A stretch of 64,000 nucleotides of DNA from Phyllosticta citribraziliensis. Taxonomy: Eukaryota. The stretch's first letter is position 1; every line of letters starts with the position of its first letter. Position numbers and translations under genes: made by a program. A model generated the notes under the pieces. The model searched no databases and was not told the DNA's origin. It was given only the letters and a program-made list of their open reading frames with translations. Location: contig NW_027117342.1 of the NCBI RefSeq assembly GCF_038025025.1, positions 868,001-932,000 of the forward strand, given 5' to 3'. Shown here one piece after another: positions 37,767 through 50,228 of the stretch.

Positions 37767-38812
37767 GGCGAACGATGGGGCCAAGAGCGAGCGTCTTGTC
37801 GGATTTGAGGCACTCTTGGGGGGGGGGGGGGGGGGGGATGGTGATGACTGCAGACGCAGCCAAGCGGCAGGGACAGAGTAAGAGGCTTGCAAGAAGCAGC
37901 AGGGTCAATTAGAGAGAAGCATCAAGATGGGCGCACAAAGGTGTATAGAGGCAGGACGATGCTTTGGCAGAGGGGAGCAGATGGACGAGGTTTTGACGCG
38001 ATAGGCTGTGGGTCAGCCGATGGCACGTTTTGGCATGCCGGAGAGATGCAGAAGTCACGTCGACGGGCCGGCCAGTCAAAGGCGTGCAGTGCGACGCTGG
38101 GGGGGAGCTGGAGGCTCATGGCGACTCTCGTTGGCTGGCGACAGCGGGGAGTGGGCGCTTAGCTGAGGGCGCTGTCCCAATGGGAGGGCTCAGCGGCACG
38201 CGGCAGCAGGCGAACGGCTGGAGTAGCTTCTGCCGCATCATCTCGGCGTTTAACAGAGGCTGCATCGTGGAGTTGCCGGTCGAGCATTGGTGTTGGTGTC
38301 TGAGGTGAGGTGAGGTGAGGTGAGCCGTGGACAGACACTCGACTCGACTCGACTGTGGCTCAGCTGGGTCTAGCCGGGCTGCACCTCTCCCCTTTGGGAC
38401 TAGCGTCATCTGCCAACTTTGAACGTCTGAGCGGTCAAAATGGCCATCCATCCTCTTTCTGGCCACCATCTGTTTGTTCTACACCACCCCAGCCCTGAAT
38501 GACGTTGACTTTGGTATCGTTCGGGTCGCCACGGACTGGCGACATTGGTGAACATGAAAGCGGACGGGAAAAACAAGTCGAGAAATTGGCCCAGATGGGC
38601 GAGATGAGGACAGCGCTGGAGCAGAAACGAGAGAAAAATCAAAGGAAAAAAGAAACATCAGTCGGCCAGGTGGACTGCTCTCTGGCTGCATAGCAGGTGC
38701 GTAGCAGGAGCATAGCAGGAGCCGAAACCATTCGGATCGCTCCGGAAAGCACCCACCTTGTCCATCTGCATGTCCTGCTGCGCGTAGCACATGGTGATGA
38801 AGCTGTGACGTT

Positions 38813-38826
38813 GGCTGAGGTCAGCC
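38813..38826. promoter_or_regulatory. Inverted GGCTGA pair upstream of xylulokinase (possible XlnR-type site)
   Basis: GGCTGA-GG-TCAGCC ~470 nt upstream of ATG 39291; resembles the XlnR GGCTRR consensus. Confidence 0.3.
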
Positions 38827-39290
38827 TCCAGCATGCCATCGAGATGCTGCAAAGGCTGCGGAAAAATTCGAGCAGTCGAGTCTCGACCTGAAGATCCAAT
38901 CAATGGTGTTGTTGGCGGGCGACGTTTGACGAGCACAGGGCTGAAGCTCTGTTCCCTGCACGGCCGAATTTCTCCAGCTGTCCACCAGACAACAAACGTC
39001 ATTCAGCCTCTCCCGTCTGCCCCTCCAGCCTCGCTGTGGCTGCTTGCTCTACTGTCACTTGCCCCGCTCGTATTCACAGTCCTCCATCTTCATCAATTGA
39101 ACCCCTCACCACCACGTTTCATGTCCGAGACTCTCTTCTTGTTGCTCGACTGCTTCTTGACTCTCATCTAGCTATTTTGTCCCTCGCCAACCTCTCATCC
39201 ACCTCTTCACAAATCCCACGGCGAATTGAGCTCGAGCAGCAGCTTCATCCCAACACCAAAGCTACCAGCTTCCGCAACCTGCACTGCAAA

Positions 39291-41507
39291 ATGGCACGCG
39301 ACGCCGAGGGCGACCTGTACATGGGCTTCGACCTATCCACCCAGCAATGCAAATGTACGGCCTGATGAGAGCTCCAATTCCCTCCAACTCGCGGTGATTT
39401 CCATCCCCATTATTCTGTTGGAGTCTTGCAAACTCAAAGCCCCTCCCGCAAAAGCCAAGACTAACGACCCCTCCATCGAGCAGGTCTCGTGGTCGCTTCC
39501 AATCTGAAGCTTGCACACTCCGCCACGGTCGACTTTGACGCCGATCTCTCCCACCATGGCATAACCAAGGGTGTGTTGACCAATCCCGACGAACATGAGA
39601 TATTCGCTCCAGTTGCCATGTGGTTGGAGGCCCTCGACTTGGTCTTGACCCGCTTACAGAAAGATGGCCTGGATTTTGGAAGAGTCAAGGGCGTCTCGGG
39701 CGCCGGCATGCAGCACGGGACTGTGTTTTGGGGCCCCAAAGCTGAACAAGTGCTTGGTCATTTGGATGGGAATAAAGGCTTGGCCGAACAATTGATTGGG
39801 AGAGACGACAGGGGAAACTGGAGGGACGGTGCCGAGCAGGGCGTTTTGGCTCACGGGCACAGCCCAAATTGGCAGGACGCGAGCACGCAAAATCAGTGCG
39901 AGGAGTTTGACAAGTGCTTGGGTAGTCCTCAAAAGTTGGCAGAAGTGACTGGTAGCAAGGCCCACCATGTAAGTCTTGACACCACGTTGGTGGCCCAAAG
40001 TTACAGTGAACTAATACACATGAAGCGATTCAGTGGTCCCCAGATTATGCGCTTCCGCCAGAAATATCCGAACAAGTACTCCAAAACCTCGCGCATCTCC
40101 TTGGTCTCGTCCTTCCTGGCCTCCGTCTTTCTAGGTCGCATTGCGCCCATAGACATTGGCGACGTCTGTGGCATGAACCTGTGGGAGATCAAAACTGGCA
40201 AATGGCACTCGGAACTCCTCTCTCTCTGCGCCGGTGGTCCAGACGGCGTCAAAGCCCTGTCAGAAAAACTCGGTCCCGTCCCTGAAGACGGCGGCGCGGC
40301 TTTTGGTCCCATTTCCTCCTACTTTGTCCAAAAGTACGGCTTCAGTCGAAACTGCGCCGTGGTGCCCTCCACGGGAGACAATCTTTCCACCATCATCGCC
40401 CTCCCTCTCCGCGAGGGCGATGCCATTGTGAGCTTGGGTACGAGCACGACGTTCCTCATGTCGACGCCGCAGTACAAGCCAGACCCAGCCTACCACTTCA
40501 TGAACCACCCCACCACCGCGTCTCTCTACATGTTCATGCTGTGCTACAAGAACGGCGGACTGGCTCGGGAGCGGGTCCGCGACGCTCTCAACGCCCTTGC
40601 CAATGACGACTCAAAGACGTGGGACAATTTCAACAAGACGGCGCTCAGCGACTCGATCCTGGGTCAAGCGGACCCGCAAGACGCCTCTGCACCCATGAAA
40701 CTGGGGCTCTTCTTTCCTCTGCCAGAAATCGTCCCCAACGTCAAAGCAGGGACGTGGCGCTTCCTCTTCACCCCCTCCAAAGTTTCCTCCCCCTCCTCAC
40801 TCTCCGCAATCCAGTCCGCGCTCACGCCGCTCGACGCCGACGACGCCGCCTGGGGCGGGCCGCAGACGGACGCGCGCGCCATCGTCGAATCGCAATTCCT
40901 GTCACTGCGACTTCGAAGCGCCAGCCTGGTCTCGACGCAGCACGACGCGCCGACGGGCGCGACGCTGCCGCCGCAGCCGCGCCGCGTGTACCTCGTCGGC
41001 GGCGGCAGCCAGAACGGCGCCATCGCCGACCTCTGTGGGCAGGTGCTCGGCGGCGCCGAGGGCGTCTACAAGCTCGACATTGGCGGCAACGCGTGCGCGC
41101 TGGGCGCGGCGTACAAGGCCGTCTGGGGCGTCGAGCGGCGCGTCTTCTCCTCCCCCTCCACCACCAACGCCAGGGACAGCGCGTCCGCGCAGAATGTGGG
41201 GTTCCTGGACGGCAGGGAGCAGGCGCTGCCGCCGCCGCCGTCGGCGACGCAGAAGGAAGGCGAGGGCATCGAGACGTTTGAGGCGTTCATCGGCGCGCGC
41301 TGGGACGAGAGCAATTTCGTCAAGCGCATTGCTGACGGCTATCGCCCGGGCGTCTTCGAGCGCTACGGCGAGGCTGTCACGGCGTTTGATGCCGTGGAGA
41401 AGAGCGTGTTGGCGGCGCAGAAGGAGGATGGCGGCAAGGGCAGGAGGAAAGAGGGACGCGGCGAGATGGGGTCGGCGTTGGCGAGTCAGAGGGATGTGGC
41501 GGCGTAG
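39291..41507 (+). CDS. xks1: D-xylulose kinase (FGGY family)
   Basis: [84 protein letters not shown]; introns 39355-39483 and ~39968-40025. Confidence 0.95.
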
Positions 41508-42566
41508 AGATGCCGTTGCTGATTGTCGCTGAATGATCAAGGTGGATCGAGAAGGCAGGCTAATGGCTTGAAGAGGTACCTTGGGTGCTGGAGCTTTTGA
41601 TGAGCGTAATTGGAGGACTACGAAGGTGTCGTCACGACGTTTCCCCCGAATAGATAGAGATAGAATATAGAAGAATGCTTGCACCTTCTCAATACATGCT
41701 AGTAGAAACAAACGCTCAAACGCTCCAAATGCTCCAAGCAGTCAAATGCCCAATATCTATATGCGTCTACCTCCAGCAATCCAACAAGGATAAGGTTAAC
41801 TCTCCAACGACAACAGGCATGCATGACCGAGCCTGCGCCAACAGCGCCGCTCTCTTGCCACCACGGCTCCAGAGCCGGCCGTCACCCACTCGTTCAGACG
41901 ATGAGTACGCGGGGTATGTATGGCAAGGACGCCGGAGGAGATGAAAGGCGACCATTCAGGGAGTCAGGGCAGCGAGCACCCCAGACTCAGTGCTGGCGAC
42001 GAGCGTGCAAGGCGATCCGAGGAGGCCGCTCCCGCCAAAGGAGTGAGGACGGTGTAAAGATCTCTCAGCATCGCCGCGTACCAGGACTCCCAACAGTTCA
42101 AGCACGCGCGCTGCCACTTCAGTCTCGCCGCCGACAGCGCGGCGGGTTACCGTTTTCCTCCTCCCTCTTCTCCGACTCCGACAGACACGAGCGCTTTGCC
42201 AACAGCCAGGTGGACGGACGCGGTGGAGGAAGTGAGCCTGCGAGCGGGAGCGCGGCGCTCCCCGCGATGGCGGTTGTAACCTGCGCGTCCTGGGATCTTT
42301 TAGGAGGCTGCTCCTTTATCCAGGGTTCATCGTCTCTCTGCCAAATTGGCAGGCAAATGGGCGCCGCGCCTTTTGCGGAGTCCAGGTCTGGTTCGATAAA
42401 TGCGTGGCATGGCGCCCCAGGACGAAGTGCTGTGCGTGCGCACGCAGCCACGCTGAGACGGGTGGACGTGGAACACGTCTCGCGATGGCAAGGGAGAGAA
42501 AGCACATGTGCCGGCGGCATAGGCACGAAAGTGTCAAGCCACGACAACAGCACCGCAGTCCCTCAC

Positions 42567-44081
42567 TCACTCCGCATCATCATCATCATCACAATCATAA
42601 TCAAACCCCACCTCCTCCCCCGGCATCCGCACATTCTCACCCGCATCCAACCAGCGCCACCCAGCACCTCTGGCCGTAAACCCCACCCTGAGCTGCACCT
42701 GCTCCAACGCCCTCGGCAAGAGCGTCCGCAGGCACCGCCTCAGCAAGCCCGGGAGCTTGTCGTCGAGCTGCTCCTCGAGCCACTCCTCGTGCTCGCGCCG
42801 GAAGTCCATCAGCGCGTCTTCGATGGCTTCGTGCACCGTGTCGTGTTTGTCGCGGAAGCCGCAGTCGTACAGGTAGTCTTCGACTTGGTCGGCGATGGTC
42901 GCGGGGTTGTCTTCTTCTGGCGTCGTCGCGGCCGGATCCTCCTCCTCCTCCTCCTCCTCCTCCTCCTCCTCCTCATCCTTCTTTTGTCGTGGTTGTTCTT
43001 GTTGATGTCGGTCTAGTTGCTCTTGTTGCTGCTCAATCTGCCGCTGCTGTTTTTCAATCTGCTCCTGCTGCTGCGCCGTCTGCTTCTGCAATGAATCGAT
43101 GAGCGTCCGCAGCTCTCGCACCGAGTCGTCCAGTCGCTCAAAGTGGTCGGCCACGGACGCATCCTCGGTCGGGGTGCCGGCCACGTCCTGCTCCGCCAAT
43201 CGCCTCTGCACTTTTGACGTTTCGAGCTCAACTTGTAGCAGGCGCCGCGCCCACGGATCCGGCACTCCTGGCGCGCGGGGCTTTTTGGACGCGCGAGACG
43301 AGTCGCTGGGGCTCGAGGGCGGCCCTGGAGGTTGTCAGGCAAATCACTACACGCGGAGGAATGCAAGTTACTAACGTTTTGCGTGCAAGTCTCCCGGCGG
43401 CTGATTACGAGGTGCGAGGTCATCATAGGATGGAGGAGACTGAGGGGCATCCTGGAGCAAGCTACTAATGTCTTGACCACCCGCACCGCCATACAGCATC
43501 TTTAGGGCGTATTCATTACCACCTGGCTGAAGGTTTCCCGACGCAGCATCATCACAAAAGATACCAATGCGGCTGGTCAATTCTGGGTTGCTCTCCTGAT
43601 TTATTGGGAGGTAAATGATGATATGTGTAGTGTAGGACAAGGATCGTAGGGCTTCAAGGATCTTGCCGTAGCCTTCCCTTGTAGGTGTAAGACTTTTGAT
43701 GGCTGGAGGTCCGATGATTTGAATAGCGGAAGGGTCTTGGAGCAGGATCCGAATGGCGCAAACATCTTGAGCTGAAGAGCATGGCGTGACACCAGCGATA
43801 AAAGCGTTGGCGACTAGTCCCGGAGCTTCTTCTGCCTGCACCGAGACCTCGTGTATTTTGTTTGGATAGACTAAGATGTAGAGCGGCACCTTTTTCCGGG
43901 CTTCTTTCAGCCCAACAGACACGCAAAGCCGCAAGGTGGCCTCGTGTTTCGATGCGTCGAATCCAAAATCAGCAGAAACAGAGCATTGCTGTGCAGGATG
44001 CCCGGGGCCCAGGTACTGAGGTCCATCCTGGGCTGTCCATTGCACCATGGCAGGAGAGCCGCGCGCAATGTAGCGAGACAT
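42567..44081 (-). CDS. Hypothetical protein (~490 aa): globular N-domain, PPSY motif, coiled coil, poly-Glu tract
   Basis: ORFs 43371..44159 and 42567..43265 join in frame through a GTTAGT..CTGAC..CAG intron (~43376-43326); likely start ATG 44081. Confidence 0.75.
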
Positions 44082-45120
44082 GATGACCTGTCGGTATATG
44101 TCAGCAAAGAAAAGTCTGTGAACCCTTGACGCTGAAAACGCATCAAGATACCCGCCCACCCAGGCTTTGCAGATGTTGAATCTTCGAGCAGCCTTGACTC
44201 GTGGCTTTGACTTGGCGCCGAAGTGCTCTCAGACGCATCCGAAGACAAATGAACCGTGGAACGGCAGCCCACGAGAGACTCTCGTAGGCCCCACACAGAC
44301 CCCCTACCGAAAGGCAGGGTGCACGAAGCATGGCCTGCTCCAGGTGTCTGTTTGTCTCCAGCACGCCTGCGCCCACGTGCAGCTAAAACCGTGTATTCCA
44401 ACGGGTCGCGACCGAGCATTGCCAGTGATTTTGTGACGTTGAGGTCCGGAACAGCGACGAACCCGCAGCAGTTCAGCTCAGCGGCGTCACGCAGACCAGA
44501 GGAGCCAAAAGACGCCGATCCAGCGACTGGCACCCAGTAAACAGTGTTCAAGGGCCCATTTCAGAACACGCACCGCACCAAAAGGCAACAGTGTGGCCTG
44601 CTCGCTGGAATCCATCCGTCTTCAGCACGCTCTGCGCTGACGCGCCCAGCAACCCGTCTCTCAACAGGTCCTGTTTCCAAGCCGACCCACTGACAGGATC
44701 CGACACTGTCCCGCGCTCCGCTGCCTTACCCCTGCCTCCCAACCGGGCTTTGTGATTTCGAGCAGCCCTGACTCTGGACGGTGTGGTGGGATCCTTACGT
44801 TCGGACGGGTAGGCGCTCGCTCAGTGACCGGAACGATCTGATCAATGGGCGCGTCGGGCGCCGTCGATGTCGCGGACAACTCGGAGTCGACAGCGAAGAT
44901 GGGCCTTTGGAGTTGGATCAATGCATCAGTGGGAACGGGTGACGGAAGGTGGAGGTGTTTCGTAAGAATAGAGGTGGTTAGCGTTCGAGGTCGGTCAAGC
45001 TAGCCAATAGATCCGAAGTTGTGCCGACCCGGCCACGACCTTCCCTCCTTCTATCTCATGAGCCCACTTGTGTACATGTACTTACTGCCTTGTATCCGTC
45101 CGTTAATTCTATCTCACGTC

Positions 45121-45400
45121 TAGGCAGGTACCATTCAATTTAGCCACTCGGCTAGACTAGAATACGTCCGTCCTAAAAAGCATCTAAGCCACCCCACCGT
45201 AGACCACTCAGGAGCTTTCGAGCACCCAAGTGTGTAGAAGTAGGGAACGTCTAGACTGCCTAGCAAAATGCTGACAAGGACAACATAGTTTTGAAAGCTA
45301 GGCAAATGACTTAAAGTTTCTTGGTGATTTGCTCTTGGGAATACCCCTAAATCTAGCTTAAAGTAACGAAGGCAATCCATGTGTAGGTGTAGCTGATTCC
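45121..45400. other. Short TpA-rich patch, possible RIP-mutated repeat relic
   Basis: Hand count for 45121-45360: ~20 TpA versus ~10 ApT, many TAG/CTA. Confidence 0.4.
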
Positions 45401-48052
45401 GTTGACGTTGCTTACGAGGGAGGGGACTCAATTGCGTTGAGCAATTCTCGCAGCACGCAACGAGCTGTCTCAGCGCTCCGCGCAAGCATGCGCATGCCCT
45501 TTCCTGACCAAAAATCTTGCACAAACGTACCCACAGCGGTAGCAAAAGAAGCACCGTGCAGAGGAGAAGACAAGAAAAACTCCAATGGCACCATGCATTT
45601 TCTAGTCACTCTCGGCAGTGGAAATGAGGCGGGGGAATCGCGCCCTCCCATGCCCCCTACCCTGCCAGCGGCCCGGCACTTGCTCGTCCCGGGCCTGGAG
45701 ATCAGAACAGTGGATGGGTAAGGTATGTATGAATGTAACGATGTGGGTGCGATCGGCGGGCCCGGATGGCGGACTGACCGCGTGCCGTGCCGACCGGCTG
45801 CTATCAAGGGGCAAGAGTTTGTAGGCAGGTGGCGGGCCAGGAGCTGGGGCAGGGGCGGGGGGCTCAGGAGAGGCGAAGATCGTGATGGCCGTGGTGGTCG
45901 TGGTGGTGTGATGTGGGCTTTGGACCGAAGTTGCGTTGGAGAACGTCCGTCAAACAATGTTTGCGCAGACGAGAGACTTTGTTGGCTGCGTGCACGTGGA
46001 GACGGCGCGGTCGGTAGACGGACGGATGAAGTGCCGGAGGCAGAGAGAATCTGCTTGTGGAGACGATTGAGGTCCGGGCCGTGTGGCGAGGACAGCCACG
46101 CACAACGAGTGACAGCGACAAGAATCTGGCAGACAACGGCGACGACGACAAGGGCCGCGCGAGGACGAGCAAGCTTGTTGTTGATGTCCGGACAAGTCAC
46201 GGACGGCGGGCAGGCAGCCGGTCCAGTGGTAGGTGGAGACTCAGATGGGGCTGCTCCCTCCGCCCTGGACTATGGACGTGCTCCCGGAAATGGCCACGTT
46301 CAAAACGTGCGAACGGAGTCTGGACTTTTTTGAAAGCTTGAACTAGGTCTCCACGTGCAAGCGTAATCAGAGAGGAGGGGTTGAGCACGGGGCGAGTCGC
46401 AACGGGATAGTAGGCCGCCGAATGACGGTTTCGGTTCTCTTGACCTGTCTATATTCCATCTTTAGAAGACTTTGGCGTCCCAATAGAACATGCAGTGGCG
46501 TGACTGAAGTATTGTGGAGGCGGAAAGCATAGAAAAGATCAGCTTTGTCGACGAATCCGAGACAGACGCGCGCGCACTTTGAAAAAAAAAGACTAGCATC
46601 TAGTGCAGTTAGCGCAGGGGTTTGAGGTGGAAAGAAGAAGTTTGCGGGTACAGCGTCTGCAACAAGGACACAAGGCCTGAGCTGTCAAGGACCAAGCATC
46701 GACTTTCATCAGCCAATGAGCCTAGGGAAAAATAATCTCCGTGTTGTCAGGAAGCAGGGAGAAATCGCTTCACCGCAGCGACCCACAATATCTCCTTGCT
46801 CTTTAGTGACTGCGCTCAGCACCTCCGGACCCAAATTTGTCGCCGCGGTGTAATGAGCGGCCAAGATGGCAGTTGGCAAAAGTTGACGGCTGCAGGAACA
46901 CGTGCTATGGGTCCAGGTGGATGGATCTGGAATGGACTTTCAAATTCGCAGAAGGCGCTGGCATATGTTTACGCAATGCAATGGTCCAGGGATTGCGGAG
47001 TGAAGTTGGGCTGTTTTCTGGGCCTTTGCAGTTTGCATCTTTTGGATCGCGTCTTGATACAAACGGTAGATGGGGGAGCCCACTTGAGCCCACTTGTTTC
47101 CTGGTTTGGCAACGACCACACTCTCAATAGGACAGCGACAAGGGCAGGGAGTGGATATTCTTTTCCACTTGGCCTTGGTGCAGGAAAACGCCACGGCCTA
47201 ATCTTGCGGGAGCGGGAAAACGAACGGGCCGCCAGGGGGCAGGAGCGAGGACGATTCATGGCGATCGCAGCGACGGCCATGTCCAGTGTGTTTGGTCCGG
47301 TGGACAAGTTTGGAAGAGCAACAGGTGTGCAGCTGCATGGGGAAGGTCGGGTTTGGAGGTTGGGGTTGGCCGGGACCAGGACCAGGACCAGGATGAGGTG
47401 CCGTGGTCGACGGGCTGATGGTGCGGCATCGACGTCACAGAACAGACGATGCGGTCGACACGGCAAGACAAGACGGAAACAGAGGAAACATGGATGGCAG
47501 GCAAGGCTGAAGTGAGAAGGAAGTGAATTGAAGACCGACCTGAGGACAGGACATGACATGGACATGGACATGGAGCAGGCCGGGGGCGCTTCGACTCGTC
47601 TCAAGAGGCGTACCTTCCCTTCTCGTAGCGAGCGCCGGGGCCGGGGCCGGAGCCGGAGGCGGAGGCGGAGAGAGCGGGTGTGTGTCTCTGAGGTGAGGTG
47701 GTCGACTCGACTGGCTGTGCCACATGGCATTGATAAGCTGGGACTGGACGGGACTGGGAGAACAAGCGCCACATGGTATGAGCATGAGACTCGGTTGTTG
47801 AGGGCGTGTATCCGGAGTACTGTACAATATTATTGCTGGGTTGGCCTGTCTGGCGGCCTGCCTGACTCCGCCGGCGTGGGTCGAGGGCCTGGTCAGAGAG
47901 CCCGCCCATGCTGTCGGGCCAAACGCCAGACGTCGCGAGAGAAACAGATGCATGTCAGAAAAGCATCGGAACGGCGGCTGCAAGGGCAGAGACGAGGACG
48001 ACGAGGGGGTCGACGAGAGTGGGATCCAGCTCCGGGCCGTGTACTGTATGTG

Positions 48053-48280
48053 TGTATGTATGTATGTATGTATGTATGTATGTAGGGAGTGTATAGTGTA
48101 GGTACCGTGGACTCTGTCGGTCGGGCGGTAGGGAGCAGGGAACCCGCTCTGTCTGCGGACCCGGCGCTGTGGTGAGACTTGGCCTTGGGGCCGCCCGCTT
48201 AAATGCCTTGACCCCCAGCTGCCCGCGGGCCATGGCGACGACCTGAACCTGAACCTGAACCTGAACCTGAACCTGAACCT
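48053..48280. repeat. Microsatellites (TGTA)n and (ACCTGA)n upstream of the Cys/His repeat gene
   Basis: (TGTA)8 at 48053-48084; (ACCTGA)6+ at 48241-48280. Confidence 0.9.
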
Positions 48281-48397
48281 GCTCCTGATCCTGACTTCGC
48301 TTCACTTCGACAAAACATATTTATGAATTGACGCGCCCGCCCCTCCCATCCCCTTCCTTCCCCCCCGCCCCCGCTCCGCACCGCACCGCACCGCACC

Positions 48398-49615
48398 ATG
48401 AGTTCCTCCGCCAAGGACCAGAAACCCGACGCCCTGCAAGACCGCAGGCAGAGCATTGGCAAATACGTCAAGAGACTGCGCACCGTCCTCAAGAAGAATC
48501 CCTCCAAGGACTCGTCCGCCGCCGCCTCTGCTTCCGCCTCCGACTCCAAGGACCATTCTTCGCTGCCTACCAGGTCAGTCTTCAGCTCCACCACCCCCCC
48601 CCAAGACATGTTGCTGACGCCATTCAAAAATCAGCCCACCCGAGACAAAGCCCGCCGAGTCCAAGCCCGTCTCCTCCACCGTCGGCCAAACCTCTTATCC
48701 TCGCAATGCCGCCCAGCAGGAGCGTGCCCGTGCCCTTTTCGCCAAGTACGGCCTGACCCTCGAGGCCCACGAATGGATCACCTCGGGCATCTCCAACGAA
48801 AACGTCCAGCGTGTTGAAAAGCCTATCCGCATGCGCGTCCACCGTACCTGCCATCGTTGCCAGACCACCTTTGGCCCAGACCGAGTCTGCCAAAAGTGCG
48901 AGCACACGCGTTGCAAAAAGTGTCCCCGCTACCCTGCCAAAAAGGAGGACAAGGCCAAGGGCAAGGCCAGGGCCGGAGAGCCCCAAGCTGCCCCAGTTGT
49001 CGCCCCGACCCAGCAGAATGTCCCGAGGATTGGTTCCAAGCCTGCGAAGAAGGGTGACTGCCTAACCATGAAGAGCCGCACTGGCGGTCCCGACCTCGAG
49101 CGCCGCCCTCCCAAGCAGCGTGTCCGCCGGACGTGCCACAAGTGCGACTCTCTGTTTATTCCTCCCACGGCTGCGTCTTGTACTAGCTGTTCTCATGTCC
49201 GTTGTACCAAATGCCCCCGTGATCCGGCCAAGAGGAAGAAGTGGCCAGACGGATACCCTGGCGATGCACCAGCCTCCGAGTCTGAAACAGACGTCGATGC
49301 TGTCAAGAGACCGGATCGTACATGGCGGAAGCCGCGTCAACGGGTACGCTGGACGTGCGAGAACTGTCAGACTCTATTCATGGAAAAATCAAAATCGTGT
49401 GCCAATTGCGGCCATGACCGCTGTCTAAACTGCCCACGGGCTCCGTAAGTCTCCGGCCCACTCCTTGTTGGGAACGTTGCTAACCGACAACAAACAGGGC
49501 CAAAAAGCATCGCAAGGAGACGGACCCCGCAGTCCTCAAATCCGTTGAAGAAAAGCTCTCGCGATTCAAGGTCAACGAGCCTGCTTCCGACACGGAAACC
49601 ACGCCTGACGTTTAA
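48398..49615 (+). CDS. Protein with three CxxC-x(8-11)-CxxCxHxRCxxCPR putative zinc-binding repeats
   Basis: RVHRTCHRC..CQKCEHTRCKKCPR, RVRRTCHKC..CTSCSHVRCTKCPR, RVRWTCENC..CANCGHDRCLNCPR; introns ~48573-48634 and 49445-49497. Confidence 0.85.
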
Positions 49616-50228
49616 ATTGACGCTGCCACTGCCTCACTGACTTGATTCCCCACAAACTCTGTCCGCGCGATCGCATCACGTCATTGGATTCTTACGACTG
49701 ACCGTTTTGGAAATGTTTGGACTGGCGAAAGAGAATGACACGGCATTGTTGACGCGAGGAGCAAGCAGTGAGGGATGGATGGCGAGATATGCTCGTCTTT
49801 GTGTCCGGAAACCCATTTTTCCTTGCCACTTTCTGGACAAAACTAGAACAATTCCAGCGACGAGAAGCCGCCGACGACCGCAGACCAGCTTTGGATGATT
49901 GGCTGCGTCCCGGCGGTGCTTCGCGTCTTTGCCTCCACAACAGATCCGCTCCTCCGCGTCGACCTTCCCACCAGCTTTGCAGGAAAGCCTGGAGGCACAT
50001 GTGAATAACGTCAAGCGACTTGACCCTTGCACCCCAGTTCTTTTTTGTTTGGCCCGGCAAACGCCGTTTCATCGGCCGGCAAGTATCCCTCGCATGCCCT
50101 GGCTGCCCCCCGGGGCATTCCAGGCAGGAGGCCAAGAAAAGGCCTTCACCGACAACGAGTATTGGCACAAAGTCTACTCTCTTTCGCTCCCAAGGCCGGC
50201 ATGCCTGCACACTCACGCTACATGGCCT

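Noticed and set aside
39355..39483. Intronic C/D snoRNA in xylulokinase intron 1 (TGATGA near the 5' end)
   Set aside because: No CTGA box D downstream within the intron
45412..48085. Many 150-270 aa ORFs upstream of the Cys/His repeat gene
   Set aside because: GC-rich, SSR-derived translations overlapping in all frames; no coherent gene model
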